DNA of 64,000 nt from positions 39,515 through 103,514 of the forward strand of contig JAGBIO010000011.1 of assembly GCA_017934955.1 (NCBI GenBank). The letters are read 5' to 3'. A model generated the notes under the pieces. It saw only the letters and a program-made list of their open reading frames with translations, ran no database searches and was not told the DNA's origin. Each line of letters begins with the position of its first letter. The stretch's first letter is position 1. The position numbers were made by a program, and so were the translations under genes. The DNA is from Clostridia bacterium (GTDB taxonomy: Bacteria > Bacillota > Clostridia > TANB77 > RGIG9151). Shown here piece by piece: positions 14,269 through 25,104 of the stretch.

Positions 14269-16104
14269 ATGTGTGGAATTGCAGGTTGGATTGATTTTAA
14301 GCGGAATTTAATGCAAGAGGAGAATATTCTTCAAAAGATGGCATCCAATTTAATTCGAAGGGGACCGGATGAGGGAGATTGTTATTGTAGTGAGAATGTG
14401 GCATTGATTCACAGGAGGTTAATTGTGATTGATCCGGAAAACGGGAAACAGCCGATGCGGTTTCGGGATTATGGAAAAGATTTGGTGTTCGTATATAACG
14501 GTGAGTTATATAATACCGAAGAAGTGCGTGGACAGCTGATAGAAAAAGGGTATCTTTTTTCAGGACATTCGGATACCGAAGTGTTGTTAAAGGCGTTTGC
14601 TTGTTGGGGAGAAGAGTGTTTGGAGAAGTTAAACGGAATTTATGCGTTTGCAATTTGGGATAATGTTAATAAAACATTGACGTTGGCACGAGATCGAATG
14701 GGTGTGAAGCCGTTATTTTATTATCCGTATCATGGTGGAATTTTATTTGCGTCGGAATTAAAGGCGCTTTTAGTAAATCCTTTGGTGAAACATGAGATTG
14801 AGGAAGATGGATTACATGAAATTTTTTCCATCGGGCCGGGGAGAACGCCGGGATGTGGTGTGATAAAAGGTGTAAAAGAAGTGAAACCCGGGTGCTTTTT
14901 GCGTTTTTCGCAGCAGGGGATTGAGGATCGTCAATATTGGAAATTAGAGGCGAAGGAACATAAAGAAAATTTGGCGGAAACGATAGAACATACGCGTTTT
15001 TTGATAAAGGATGCGATTACGAAACAGTTAGTGTCGGATGTGCCGCTTTGCTGTTTTTTGTCCGGTGGATTGGATTCGAGTATTATTTCGAAATTGGCGG
15101 GCTTGTCTTATCGGGAGAAAAATTTAGGAAAATTGACGACGTACTCGATTGATTATGAGGATAACGATAAATATTTTGTAAAAACGAAATTTCAGCCGAA
15201 TTCCGATAGTGAGTTTATTGATGCAATGGTGAAAGATATCGGTTCGGAGCATAGAAAAGTGATATTAAATAATGAAAAGTTGGCAGAGGCTTTGGATATT
15301 GCAACAGGAGCGCGAGATTTGCCGGGAATGGCGGATATTGATTCTTCTTTGGTACTGTTTTGCGAGGAGATTAAGAAGGATTTTACCGTTGCATTATCCG
15401 GAGAATGCGCGGATGAAGTGTTTGCGGGGTATCCGTGGTACCATGACCAAGAAATTTTATTTGATGAGACGTTTCCGTGGTCGCGTTCTTTGGCGTTAAG
15501 AAAGTTTATTTTGAAGGAGAATGTTTTACCGGAAATGGAGGAATACGTACATTACTGCTATGAGGATACGGTGAAGGAGACGGATCACTTAGAGGGGGAG
15601 AGTCGGTTAAATGCACGGATGCGAGAGATGTTTATGCTGAATATAAATTGGTTTATGCAGACGTTATTGGATCGAAAAGATCGAATGAGTATGTATAACG
15701 GGTTAGAGGTAAGGGTTCCGTTTTGTGACCATCGATTGGTGGAGTATTCTTTTAATATGCCTTGGGAATATAAGGCGCTTGAGGGCAGAGAAAAGGGAAT
15801 TATTCGAGAAGCGGTAAAGGATTTATTGCCGGAGGAGATTGTTTGGAGGAAGAAAAGTCCTTATCCGAAGACACATCATCCGGTGTATATGAAATTAGTG
15901 AGTGAAAAAGTTCGGGAAATTTTCAGAAAGAAAGAGTCGTTTATCGGGAATTTTGTGAAGGAGGATGCGATTGAGGAAATTATTGCGAATCCCGAGAAAA
16001 TTGCAGTGCCGTGGTATGGTCAATTGATGCGTGCTCCGCAAATGCTTGCGTATTTGATTCAAGTCGAGAAGTGGGCGGAAATTTATCAAATTCAGGTGGT
16101 TTGA
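14269..16104 (+). CDS. asnB: Asparagine synthase (glutamine-hydrolysing)
   Basis: Start moved to ATG 14269 after AAGGAGGAG. The N-terminus MCGIAGW carries the Ntn amidotransferase Cys2. The SGGLDSS PP-loop is present. Length is 611 aa. Confidence 0.9.
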   Translation: MCGIAGWIDFKRNLMQEENILQKMASNLIRRGPDEGDCYCSENVALIHRRLIVIDPENGKQPMRFRDYGKDLVFVYNGELYNTEEVRGQLIEKGYLFSGHSDTEVLLKAFACWGEECLEKLNGIYAFAIWDNVNKTLTLARDRMGVKPLFYYPYHGGILFASELKALLVNPLVKHEIEEDGLHEIFSIGPGRTPGCGVIKGVKEVKPGCFLRFSQQGIEDRQYWKLEAKEHKENLAETIEHTRFLIKDAITKQLVSDVPLCCFLSGGLDSSIISKLAGLSYREKNLGKLTTYSIDYEDNDKYFVKTKFQPNSDSEFIDAMVKDIGSEHRKVILNNEKLAEALDIATGARDLPGMADIDSSLVLFCEEIKKDFTVALSGECADEVFAGYPWYHDQEILFDETFPWSRSLALRKFILKENVLPEMEEYVHYCYEDTVKETDHLEGESRLNARMREMFMLNINWFMQTLLDRKDRMSMYNGLEVRVPFCDHRLVEYSFNMPWEYKALEGREKGIIREAVKDLLPEEIVWRKKSPYPKTHHPVYMKLVSEKVREIFRKKESFIGNFVKEDAIEEIIANPEKIAVPWYGQLMRAPQMLAYLIQVEKWAEIYQIQVV

Positions 16105-16389
16105 TTAGGATTCGGTTTCTTGGGTATAAACTTCCAAGTAGCTTTCGAAATCGTTAAGAAGTTCTATAGGACTAATATTTAAGCATTTTGCAATCGCACA
16201 TAATTCAAAATCGGTGACGGTTCGTTTGTTGGCTTCGATATGGTAAAGAGATTGGGCGGAAATATCTACGCCGAGGAGCATTAACTTTAGAGATAATTTT
16301 TCGTAAGAGAGTTTTTGAGCGAGGCGATGTTTTTTGATTTGCTTGTTGCTGATATTAAGAAAATATTTATTGTTTCGATTGTTTTTCAT
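16105..16389 (-). CDS. XRE-family HTH transcriptional regulator (94 aa)
   Basis: IKKHRLAQKLSYEKLSLKLMLLGVDISAQSLYHIEANKRTVTDFELCAIAKCLNISPIELL is a Cro/C1-type HTH. Confidence 0.8.
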   Translation of the reverse strand: MKNNRNNKYFLNISNKQIKKHRLAQKLSYEKLSLKLMLLGVDISAQSLYHIEANKRTVTDFELCAIAKCLNISPIELLNDFESYLEVYTQETES

Positions 16390-16514
16390 AAGAATCCGTC
16401 CTTTATCATAGTTATTTACCTATAGATTAATATACTCTAACTTAAGTTTTACGGTATAAAGACCAGCTGTGATAATATTTGCGGGTATGATTTTCGGCGG
16501 GGACGTTTCCATTG

Positions 16515-16554
16515 AAAAAGAGCTAAGCCGGAGGGTCCTGCTTAGCTCTTTTTT
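16515..16554. terminator. Bidirectional rho-independent terminator
   Basis: AAAAAGAGCTAAGC-N11-GCTTAGCTCTTTTTT. It has A and T runs on both sides and lies downstream of the minus-strand S-layer gene. Confidence 0.7.
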
Positions 16555-16641
16555 AGGAGGTGTATATATGACTGGGGTATCGTCCTTTGAGATATGTACA
16601 GGCGGCCTAAGCCGCCTGTTTTAGAACTAACCCTTTTAGGA

Positions 16642-19569
16642 TTACTCTAAGATAATAAGAATTTCGTATTCAGAATCATCTCCGTCTGTATCGAAGTACA
16701 TAATCATTCTGCCTTCTAAGTCGTCCATATTGCTCATTTGCGGAGCGTCCGGATCGCTTAAGTCATAAACGATTACATCGTCGGATACGCTGATCGGCTC
16801 GATTGCTTCACCGTCTAATTTCTTGAATACTACTAAGTTTCCTAAGATTTCGTCAACTACTAACTGGTCACGGTCTGCGATACCGTCCGAAATAAATTCG
16901 TCGTAGTTATCGTCATCTAAGAATGCGGACATGTCGATCTTAATATCGGTTTCGCCTGTTTGAACAAACTTGTTGTTTTCGATATCATATCTTACCAAGT
17001 CGCCTTCTTCACCGAAGAGAACCGTAGAAATATCAGTCTGAACGTCTGCTACTTCGTAAGTCATTTCTTCGCCTTCCGTGTAAACCGTTACCATCCATAC
17101 CTTATCTCCATCGGAGTTTGTGCTTACTTCGATGTTTGTGATGATGCCGTATTTATCTTCTGTTGCTTGATAGTTGGAGCCGTCATCGTCAATGATGAGG
17201 TATTTGATGATTCTGGAGTTTGCGTTGTAGATTGCAAGCGGTGTTGTACCTCTTAACATATTGCTGTTTTCATCGTTGTTGTTTACTAAGATGTTCCATC
17301 CGCTTACTACTTCAATGTTGTCTGCATGCTGGTTCAAGATAACTGTCTTATCGGTTACATAGTAAGTCTTTCCGTCAGCATCCTTGAAGGATTTTGTAGA
17401 ATTCTTTACTACGTTGTCTTCATCTTCGATGGTAAGTTTGGATAATACGTCAGAATCATTCATTTCTACAAGGCTTGGAGCGTTAGATTCATTTTCTAAT
17501 TTAATTAGGTTGTTTACTTTTACGGTTCTTCCATCGCTATCGGTTGAGAATTTAACAAGAGTTCCCTTGGTAAATTCGTCAATTAATGCGTCGGTCCAAT
17601 CTTCACCCGGAGAAGGTTCTACCTTTACGATATCACCGTCTTTTACTTGTTTGAATTGAGCCTTAGAATCACCGCTGATCTTGTAAGCTACTTTATTTCC
17701 TTTTTCATCAACGATTTGTAATCTTAAATACGGATCATCGTCATCGTCGTACATGATGTCAGAGGCAACAGGTGTTCTTCCAACGATTCCGTATTGACCT
17801 GCTAAGGTTACTTCGCTTTCGCCCATTGCTAATACATAGGCGCCGTTACTGTCTAAGTGTAAGGTTACTTCGTTATCGATTAATGTGGATACATCCGAAG
17901 ACATCGCTACTACTTCGTCTAAGTCATTTTCTGTTGATAACATTGCGTTTGCACCTTTTTCATAAACAGTTCCGTCGATTCTTAAGCCGTAAGAACTTGT
18001 AATCTTATCTAACATACCGGTTACTGTATTGTCAGTAATCGTAATTAATCTGATATTACCGTCTGTTTTCTTGCTTACCATGATAACATTACCGATTTCG
18101 ATGTCTTCTGCTTTCGCTGCTTTTCCGTTTTTCTTTACGATAATGTTGCTGTCTTCATCATCAACGTCATCAATCTTGAACTGTCTTGTTCCGTTTAAGT
18201 CAACAACTGTGCTGTCGGAACGGATATTCTTTGCTGTGAATTGAATGAATTCGTAATCGCTGTCTGAATCGTCTTCTGTTTCAATGGTGAAGGTTCCTGC
18301 GATAGCAAGTTGTAAAGATGTGATCTTGTTAGAAGAATTTAATAGCATATTCGCCTTGATAAGCGGATCATCTAAAGATTCTTTCAATTCTGCTACATAA
18401 GCCAATTTTGTCTTTACATCTGCATTATCAATCGTTTCTGATGCTGTGATCGCGTCAGTAATCTCGATGCTGTTGATATAGATTTTTGCATCACTTAAAA
18501 CCGTGTATTCTTTTCCATCTACTTTTACTTTAGAAGAAGATGCTTTGATGGTTTCCAATTTACTGTTGCTCATTGCTTCATCTGTTGCTTTAATATAAGA
18601 AACAGTATTGTCTTTTCCGAAGAAAATAGTTACTTCTTTTCCGAGTAAGTCAGATGCGTCTACATCGGAAGGAAGAATGATAACAATTCTGTCTCCGGAA
18701 TCGTCACTCTTGTAAACTTTATCTTTTGATGGAGTAGAAGTTGTTACTTTTAACATATCTGCAATGTTTTCTAATTCGATCTCGATTTGGTTTGCTTCTA
18801 ATTGGTGATTTGTTTCAGGTGTGCTTACTACTAAGATTTCCTCAAAGTATTTTGCTTCCATCTTTCCGTGTTCGTTCTGATATACGAAGTCCGGATATTT
18901 GATTTCTAATAATGTTTTTCCTAAATTTCCGTAAGTGATTTCTCCAAGATCGTTAAATCCTGTTTCACCCCATTTATTTTGAAGGAGTGTTTCCCATGCC
19001 ATAATGAAAACGTCGCCACGAAGTGCGCTTGATTTTCCATCGACACCGGTGATATCTTTTGTAATACCAAGTTGTGCTGCTTTTGACATATAGTTGTTCG
19101 GCCATGTTCCGCCGGACTTGTCAACAACAGGTTTTAATCCTAAAGCGTTTACCAACATGGTTACTGCTTCAGAATAAGAAACTTCTTGACTTGGTCTGAA
19201 TGTTCCGTCAGGGTATCCTGCGAAAACATTTTCATTTGCCGCAATGTTGATATATCCCGTATACCATTCATTTACCTTAACGTCGCTAAACGGAGAAGGA
19301 GTTGTTTTAGAAAGTTCTGCGGCATCCTGCAAACCTAATACGAACGTAATTACGGTTGCAAGCTCTGCTCTTGTAATGGTAGTTTCCGGTCTAAAGGTTC
19401 CATCTTCGTAACCTTTAATGGTACCAAGAGCAACAAGTTTTACAATTGCTTCTTCATACTTTGTGCCTTCGATATCGCTGGTATTTGCGAAAGCAATACC
19501 CGGAAGAATCAAAGAACATAGCATCGTGAAGACAACTGCAAGTGAAATGAATTTTCTCATTTTCTTCAT
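16642..19569 (-). CDS. S-layer / cell-wall protein with three N-terminal SLH domains
   Basis: Start moved to ATG 19569, 8 nt after GGAGGG (MKKMRKFISLAVVFTMLCSLILPGIAFA signal peptide). Three SLH repeats are present (..GYEDGTFRPETTITRAELA.., ..FSDVKVNEWYTGYI..GYPDGTFRPSQEVSYSEAV.., ..WPNNYMSKAAQLGI..). The long Asp/Glu-rich C-terminal region has no known motif. Confidence 0.88.
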   Translation of the reverse strand: MKKMRKFISLAVVFTMLCSLILPGIAFANTSDIEGTKYEEAIVKLVALGTIKGYEDGTFRPETTITRAELATVITFVLGLQDAAELSKTTPSPFSDVKVNEWYTGYINIAANENVFAGYPDGTFRPSQEVSYSEAVTMLVNALGLKPVVDKSGGTWPNNYMSKAAQLGITKDITGVDGKSSALRGDVFIMAWETLLQNKWGETGFNDLGEITYGNLGKTLLEIKYPDFVYQNEHGKMEAKYFEEILVVSTPETNHQLEANQIEIELENIADMLKVTTSTPSKDKVYKSDDSGDRIVIILPSDVDASDLLGKEVTIFFGKDNTVSYIKATDEAMSNSKLETIKASSSKVKVDGKEYTVLSDAKIYINSIEITDAITASETIDNADVKTKLAYVAELKESLDDPLIKANMLLNSSNKITSLQLAIAGTFTIETEDDSDSDYEFIQFTAKNIRSDSTVVDLNGTRQFKIDDVDDEDSNIIVKKNGKAAKAEDIEIGNVIMVSKKTDGNIRLITITDNTVTGMLDKITSSYGLRIDGTVYEKGANAMLSTENDLDEVVAMSSDVSTLIDNEVTLHLDSNGAYVLAMGESEVTLAGQYGIVGRTPVASDIMYDDDDDPYLRLQIVDEKGNKVAYKISGDSKAQFKQVKDGDIVKVEPSPGEDWTDALIDEFTKGTLVKFSTDSDGRTVKVNNLIKLENESNAPSLVEMNDSDVLSKLTIEDEDNVVKNSTKSFKDADGKTYYVTDKTVILNQHADNIEVVSGWNILVNNNDENSNMLRGTTPLAIYNANSRIIKYLIIDDDGSNYQATEDKYGIITNIEVSTNSDGDKVWMVTVYTEGEEMTYEVADVQTDISTVLFGEEGDLVRYDIENNKFVQTGETDIKIDMSAFLDDDNYDEFISDGIADRDQLVVDEILGNLVVFKKLDGEAIEPISVSDDVIVYDLSDPDAPQMSNMDDLEGRMIMYFDTDGDDSEYEILIILE

Positions 19570-19714
19570 TGTTAAACCCTCCATATAAAGATTTTTTGTA
19601 GGGCGTCTCTCGCCCTTACGAGTTTTATTTTAGCATTGGTGAAAGTTCAAGTCTATGCAAAGATTCTGGGAATAAAGCCAGTTCCAGGTAGTTACGGGGG
19701 AGGGGGAAGGTAGT

Positions 19715-20079
19715 GGACAGCATGAATGCTATCCGTACGGAGATAGGCACAAATTTGTAGGGACAGCATTCATGCTGTCCGGAGATGAGACACAAAGGAT
19801 ATCTTTATTATCATATAATCTTATTTTTCTGTTGTTATTTAGTGGTTTTGTGGTACAATAACAGGTGGACACAATAAATTGTGTCCGTACGGATTGAAGA
19901 AGGAAAAACAATCAAATAAAAAGGCACAAACATTGTAGGGACACAATTCATTGTGTCCACCAAATAGGCAGTAACGTAAAAAAGAACAAACATTGTAGGG
20001 ACACAATTCATTGTGTCCACCAAATAGGCAGTAACATAAAAAAAGCACAAACAATGTAGGGACAGCATTCATGCTGTCC
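19715..20079. repeat. REP cluster (6 copies), including a 3 x 60-nt tandem array
   Basis: Copies lie at 19715-19738, 19757-19780, 19867-19890, 19935-19958, 19995-20018 and 20056-20079. The last three sit in the 60-nt unit GCACAAACATT-GTAGGGACA..TGTCC-ACCAAATAGGCAGTAACGTAAAAAA. Confidence 0.9.
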
Positions 20080-20115
20080 ACCAAATAAGCAGTAATGTAA
20101 AAAGGAGCGAGTAAA

Positions 20116-22938
20116 GTGGATTATATTTCGATTAAGGGTGCGAAGGAGAATAATTTAAAAAATATAGATGTGAAGATTCCGCGTGATAAATTTGTGATTA
20201 TTACAGGATTAAGCGGTTCGGGGAAGTCTTCGTTGGCGTTTGATACGATTTATGCGGAGGGGCAGAGACGGTATGTGGAGTCGCTGTCAGCGTATGCACG
20301 GCAGTTTTTGGGATTGATGGAGAAGCCGAATGTGGAGTATATTGAGGGGCTTTCGCCGTCGATTTCGATTGATCAAAAGACGACGAGTAAGAATCCGCGT
20401 TCGACGGTTGGTACAGTGACGGAAATTTACGATTATTTGCGATTGTTGTATGCGAGAATCGGACATCCGCATTGTCCGAATTGCGGAAAGCCGATTACGA
20501 AGCAGTCTGTGGATCAGATTGTGGATAACATCTTGACGATTCCGGATGGCAGTAAAATTCAGATATTGGCGCCGGTGATTCGTGGGAAAAAGGGTGAACA
20601 TGTAAAGATTTTTGAGGATGCCAGAAAAAAAGGATTTGTGCGGGTGAGAGTGGATGGAAAGCTGATTGATTTGGCGGAAGATATCAATTTGGACAAGCAA
20701 AAAAAGCACAATATTGAGTTGGTGGTAGACCGAATTATTATAAAAGAAGGAATTCAAAAACGGTTGAGTGAGTCGGTGGAAACGGCTTGCAAATTGGCGG
20801 AAAATTTGGTTTTGGTAGATATTAACGGCACGGAGGAGCGTTTATTTTCGCAAAATTATGCGTGTCCGGATTGCGGAATCAGTATTTTGGAAATTGAACC
20901 GAGACAATTTTCCTTTAACAGTCCGTTTGGTGCGTGTCCGAAATGCGCGGGAATCGGCACGCTGTTGGAAATCGATTCGGCAAAAATTGTACCGGATCCG
21001 ACAAAGAGTCTTTCGGAAGGGGCAATTCATGTCGGGGGCTGGAATACTGCGAATGAGGACGGCTATTCCACTATGTATATTAAAGCCCTTGCTGAACATT
21101 ATAACTTTCGTATGGACGTTCCGTTTCAGGATTTACCGGAGAGAATTCAACATATCATTCTTTACGGTACCCATGGGGAGCGAGTAAAAATAAAATATGA
21201 GAAGAGTTATGGCAGCGGTGATTATTATGCTTCTTTTGAAGGAATTATTCCTTCTTTAATGCGAAGATATAAAGAAACATCTTCGCAGTCGATGAAGGAC
21301 TATTATGAAGGCTTGATGACAAATGCGGTTTGTCCGGAGTGCCACGGAAAGCGTTTAAAGAAGGAATCTCTTGCGGTGACGATTGAGAATAAGAATATTG
21401 ATGAAATTACGTCATTATCGGTGTTGGAGCTGAAGAAGTTTATTGAATCTTTGAAACTTTCGGAAAAGGAAGAAAAGATTTCTTATCAGGTTTTAAAAGA
21501 AATAAAAGCGAGATTAAAGTTTTTGATTGACGTGGGTTTAGATTATTTAACTTTATCGAGAGCCGCGGGGACTTTATCGGGCGGTGAAGCGCAGAGAATT
21601 CGCTTGGCGACGCAGATTGGTTCCGGTTTGACAGGAGTTTTATACATTTTGGATGAGCCGAGTATCGGGCTTCACCAGAGAGATAATGAAAAATTGATTG
21701 AAACCTTAAAACATTTGCGGGATTTGGGGAATACTTTAATTGTTGTAGAACATGACGAGGATACGATGTACGCGGCGGACCATATTATCGATATCGGACC
21801 GGGTGCCGGTGTTCATGGCGGTACCGTTGTGGCGGAAGGGAATGTGGAAGATATTAAGAAGAACCCTAATTCGATTACCGGTGCATATTTGAGTGGAAGA
21901 TTAAAAATTGAAGTTCCGAAAGAAAGAAGAAAAGGAAACGGGAAAAAGTTAAAGATTATTGGCGCGGCGGAGAATAATTTAAAGAACATTGATGTGGAAT
22001 TTCCGCTTGGCGCTTTTACTTGCGTGACCGGAGTTTCGGGTTCCGGAAAGAGTTCATTGATTAATGAAATTTTATACAAAACACTTGCAAATCGATTGAA
22101 TCATGCAGATTTAACACCGGGAAAGTGTAAGGAAATTGAAGGATATAAGGAACTGGATAAGGTGATTAACATTGATCAATCTCCAATCGGAAGAACGCCT
22201 CGTTCTAACCCGGCGACGTATACCGGAATGTTTGATTTGATTCGTAAATTGTTTGCGGAAACCAATGATGCGAAGGTAAGAGGCTATCAGCCGGGAAGAT
22301 TCAGCTTTAACGTAAAGGGCGGACGTTGTGAATCCTGTAGCGGGGACGGGATTATTAAGATTGAAATGCATTTCTTACCGGACGTGTATGTGCCTTGTGA
22401 AGTGTGCCGCGGAAAACGTTATAACCGTGAGACGTTGGAGGTTCGCTATAAGGGTAAGAATATTTCGGATGTTTTAGATATGACGGTAGAAGAGGCATTG
22501 GATTTCTTTCAGAATATTCCGTCGATTCGAAATAAGGTTCAGACGTTATATGATGTCGGCTTAGGGTATATTAAGCTTGGTCAGCCTTCTACGACGTTAT
22601 CGGGCGGTGAGGCACAGAGAATTAAGTTGGCGACAGAGTTAAGTCGTCGTTCTACCGGGAAAACGTTATATATCCTGGATGAGCCGACGACGGGATTGCA
22701 TATGGCGGATGTGGCGAAGTTGATTGATATTTTAAATCGTTTGGCGGATGCGGGGAATACCATTGTGGTAATTGAACATAATTTGGATGTGATTAAGACG
22801 GCGGATTATATTATTGATTTAGGTCCTGATGGCGGAATAAGAGGTGGAACGTTAGTAGGTGCCGGTACTCCGGAAAAAATTTCAAAAATAGCGGAATCTG
22901 CGACCGGAAAGTACTTGCAAAAGATATTGAAAAAATGA
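20116..22938 (+). CDS. uvrA: Excinuclease ABC subunit A
   Basis: GTG start 8 nt after AAGGAG. 940 aa with two ABC modules ([18 protein letters not shown]) and zinc-finger CxxC pairs. Typical UvrA end-to-end. Confidence 0.97.
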   Translation: MDYISIKGAKENNLKNIDVKIPRDKFVIITGLSGSGKSSLAFDTIYAEGQRRYVESLSAYARQFLGLMEKPNVEYIEGLSPSISIDQKTTSKNPRSTVGTVTEIYDYLRLLYARIGHPHCPNCGKPITKQSVDQIVDNILTIPDGSKIQILAPVIRGKKGEHVKIFEDARKKGFVRVRVDGKLIDLAEDINLDKQKKHNIELVVDRIIIKEGIQKRLSESVETACKLAENLVLVDINGTEERLFSQNYACPDCGISILEIEPRQFSFNSPFGACPKCAGIGTLLEIDSAKIVPDPTKSLSEGAIHVGGWNTANEDGYSTMYIKALAEHYNFRMDVPFQDLPERIQHIILYGTHGERVKIKYEKSYGSGDYYASFEGIIPSLMRRYKETSSQSMKDYYEGLMTNAVCPECHGKRLKKESLAVTIENKNIDEITSLSVLELKKFIESLKLSEKEEKISYQVLKEIKARLKFLIDVGLDYLTLSRAAGTLSGGEAQRIRLATQIGSGLTGVLYILDEPSIGLHQRDNEKLIETLKHLRDLGNTLIVVEHDEDTMYAADHIIDIGPGAGVHGGTVVAEGNVEDIKKNPNSITGAYLSGRLKIEVPKERRKGNGKKLKIIGAAENNLKNIDVEFPLGAFTCVTGVSGSGKSSLINEILYKTLANRLNHADLTPGKCKEIEGYKELDKVINIDQSPIGRTPRSNPATYTGMFDLIRKLFAETNDAKVRGYQPGRFSFNVKGGRCESCSGDGIIKIEMHFLPDVYVPCEVCRGKRYNRETLEVRYKGKNISDVLDMTVEEALDFFQNIPSIRNKVQTLYDVGLGYIKLGQPSTTLSGGEAQRIKLATELSRRSTGKTLYILDEPTTGLHMADVAKLIDILNRLADAGNTIVVIEHNLDVIKTADYIIDLGPDGGIRGGTLVGAGTPEKISKIAESATGKYLQKILKK

Positions 22939-22960
22939 TAAGCTACAGGTAGGAAAAATA

Positions 22961-23067
22961 GGACAGCATGAATGCTGTCCGTACAGAAGAGTAGAGGTAT
23001 ATTAGGACAGCATGAATGCTGTCCGTACAGGGAGTAGAGATGTGTAGGGACAGCATTTATGCTGTCC
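22961..23067. repeat. REP cluster (3 copies) between uvrA and era
   Basis: 22961-22984 and 23005-23028 are in ..GTCC-GTAC orientation. 23044-23067 is in GTAG-GGAC.. orientation. Confidence 0.9.
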
Positions 23068-23105
23068 ACAGAATGGTATCAAAGTAAAATAAGAGGTGAA
23101 AAATA

Positions 23106-24002
23106 TTGGAGAATGTTTCTTTCAAATCCGGATTTGTGGCGATTATCGGAAATCCGAGTGCGGGAAAATCGACGTTGTTAAATTCCTTAGTGGGGGAAAA
23201 GATTGCGATTACGTCGATAAAACCGCAGACGACGCGAAATGCAATTAAAGGAATTGTGACGACGGAGGATTATCAAGTGGTATTTTTGGATACTCCGGGC
23301 GTGAATAAGACGCATACAAGGCTTTCGAAGCTGATGGATAAAAGCATTAACGATTCGCTTGCTGGAACGGATTTGGTGATTGCGTTATCGGATGTGACGA
23401 GACGAAAAGATGATGATTTGTTTTTGGGAAAATTAAAAAAAGTAAATTGTCCGGTGATTTTGGCATTAAATAAGATTGACTTATTAAAGGATAAACAGGA
23501 ACTTTTGAAGATGATGGAGTCTTATAAGGAGTTATATTCTTTTGATGAGATGATTCCGATTTCGGCGTTAACCGGGGAAGGAATTGAAGCGCTGATGCAG
23601 GAGGTTGTAAAGAGACTTCCTTATGGTCCGAAGTATTTTCCGGAGGATATGATTACTGACAGCCCGGAGCGTGTGATGGTGGCGGAGATTATTCGTGAGA
23701 AGGCATTAGACTTGTTGTCAGATGAGATTCCGCATGGAATTGCCGTTGATATTGAGAAGATGAAAAAGAGGGTAAATAAGGAAATTATTGATATTACGGC
23801 GACGATTTATTGCGAACGGGAATCACATAAGCCGATTATTATCGGTCGTGGTGGGAAAATGTTAAAGGAAATCGGTACAAAGGCGCGGGAAGATATTGAA
23901 AATTTTTTAGAGACAAAAGTTTTTTTGGAAATCTGGGTGAAAGTAAGAAAAGACTGGCGAGATAACGATTCAGAACTTAGAAAACTTCATTTTTTGGAAT
24001 AA
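23106..24002 (+). CDS. era: GTPase Era
   Basis: TTG start after GAGGTGA. Motifs are G1 GNPSAGKST, G3 DTPG and G4 NKID, with a C-terminal KH domain. Synteny era-yqzL-recO. Confidence 0.95.
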   Translation: MENVSFKSGFVAIIGNPSAGKSTLLNSLVGEKIAITSIKPQTTRNAIKGIVTTEDYQVVFLDTPGVNKTHTRLSKLMDKSINDSLAGTDLVIALSDVTRRKDDDLFLGKLKKVNCPVILALNKIDLLKDKQELLKMMESYKELYSFDEMIPISALTGEGIEALMQEVVKRLPYGPKYFPEDMITDSPERVMVAEIIREKALDLLSDEIPHGIAVDIEKMKKRVNKEIIDITATIYCERESHKPIIIGRGGKMLKEIGTKAREDIENFLETKVFLEIWVKVRKDWRDNDSELRKLHFLE

Positions 24003-24080
24003 ATAACCTGGAATGGATAGGAATTTACGGAAGAAAATAAGGAGAGTAGGAAAAAATACTTTCTGTTGGAGGAATGATCT

Positions 24081-24233
24081 ATGTTAAGAGATGAATTGTG
24101 GAATTATTTTGAGAGTACAGGCTCGATTGAGACGTATCTGCTTTATAAGACGATGGAGGAATATAAGGTGGAAACTTCCAAGGAATTGTCTCAGATTTTA
24201 GATTCGAATCCATTGAATAAAAATTTAAATTAA
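24081..24233 (+). CDS. yqzL: YqzL-family small protein (50 aa)
   Basis: MLRDELWNYFESTGSIETYLLYKTMEEYK.. matches the conserved YqzL N-terminus, and the gene sits in the Firmicute position between era and recO. It is below the ORF-track cutoff. Confidence 0.75.
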   Translation: MLRDELWNYFESTGSIETYLLYKTMEEYKVETSKELSQILDSNPLNKNLN

Positions 24234-24252
24234 AGTTGTTGCAGGTGAAGGG

Positions 24253-24966
24253 ATGAGTACCGGAAAGGTAATTAAGACGAAGGGGATTGTGTTGTCGGAA
24301 GTGAATTTTTCGGAATCGGATAAGATGTTGACAATTCTTACTCCGGATTTGGGGAGAATTACTTGTGTGGCCAAAGGGGCTCGTAAGATGCAAAGTCCGA
24401 TTCTTTCGGCATCGCAGATTTTTGCTTTTAGTGAACTTGTGCTGTTTCGAAGTAAGGGTGATATGTATTATATCAATTCGGCGGAGTTAATTGAGGCTTT
24501 TTATGCGCTTCGGACAGATTATGATAAATTGGAAGCGGCAATGTTTTGTGTGAAGTTTGTGAAGCAGAACGTTTGTGAAAATCAGATTTCGGTGATGATG
24601 CTGAAGTTATTGTTAAATTCGATTTATTTGATTGCGACGGGAGAAAAACCGATTGATTTGGTGAAGAATGTATTTTTGTTAAAGGCGATTTGTATTTTAG
24701 GATATACGCCGAACTTTTCTTCTTCGGACGACGATACGGCGGTGTCAGGATACAGTATGCAAAAGGGAGAGTTGGTTTATCGTGCTTTGGAAAATTTGGA
24801 TAAGTCGCTGATTCATTTAAGCTATGATGCGGTGATTGCGATTCGTTATATTATCCAAAGTGATTTGAAAAAAGTATTTTCTTTTCAAATTCGTGAGGAT
24901 GTTTTGAATGAAATTGTGTTTTTTAATAAAATTTACTTACAGGCTGTAGAGGTTAATACGCAATGA
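24253..24966 (+). CDS. recO: DNA repair protein RecO
   Basis: 237 aa. The N-terminus looks like an OB-fold region (GIVLSEVNFSESDKMLTILTPDLGRITCVAKGARK). Synteny after era. Confidence 0.85.
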   Translation: MSTGKVIKTKGIVLSEVNFSESDKMLTILTPDLGRITCVAKGARKMQSPILSASQIFAFSELVLFRSKGDMYYINSAELIEAFYALRTDYDKLEAAMFCVKFVKQNVCENQISVMMLKLLLNSIYLIATGEKPIDLVKNVFLLKAICILGYTPNFSSSDDDTAVSGYSMQKGELVYRALENLDKSLIHLSYDAVIAIRYIIQSDLKKVFSFQIREDVLNEIVFFNKIYLQAVEVNTQ

Positions 24967-24971
24967 AAATA

Positions 24972-25079
24972 GGACAGCATGAATGCTGTCCGTACAAATA
25001 TCATGAATATTGCAGAGGCAGCATGAATGCTGTCCGTACAAATATCATGAACATTGCAGGGACAGAATTTATACTGTCC
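24972..25079. repeat. REP cluster (3 copies, two degenerate) between recO and fabI
   Basis: 24972-24995 is intact. 25017-25039 is missing one A in the left arm. 25056-25079 is a GCAG-GGACAGAATTTATACTGTCC variant. Confidence 0.85.
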
Positions 25080-25104
25080 GTATGAAAACAAAGGAGGAAT
25101 TCGA

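Noticed and set aside
14269-16104. Possibility that the AsnB homolog is a lasso-peptide cyclase or another RiPP enzyme acting on the nearby small poly-G ORF
   Set aside because: The protein keeps the N-terminal MCGI glutaminase nucleophile and has the full length of a housekeeping asparagine synthase. No B-protein/RRE, protease or transporter genes are nearby.
19729-20084. Minus-strand ORFs of 60-81 aa in the uvrA upstream region
   Set aside because: These are pure REP-array translations (repeated MNCVPTMFV / HNELCPYNVC peptides) and are not genes.
19921-20100. CRISPR-like appearance: palindromic repeats at regular ~60-nt spacing. The same is seen at 5658-5791 and 32388-32539.
   Set aside because: The supposed spacers are themselves repeated nearly identically, the repeat belongs to the dispersed REP family, and no cas genes or leader are present. 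These are tandem duplications, not CRISPR arrays.
22806-23069. 87-aa minus-strand ORF overlapping the uvrA 3' end and the REP cluster
   Set aside because: It is antisense to a well-supported gene, and the remainder is REP translation.
24079-24393. 104-aa minus-strand ORF
   Set aside because: It is antisense to yqzL and the recO start, both supported by conserved sequence and synteny.
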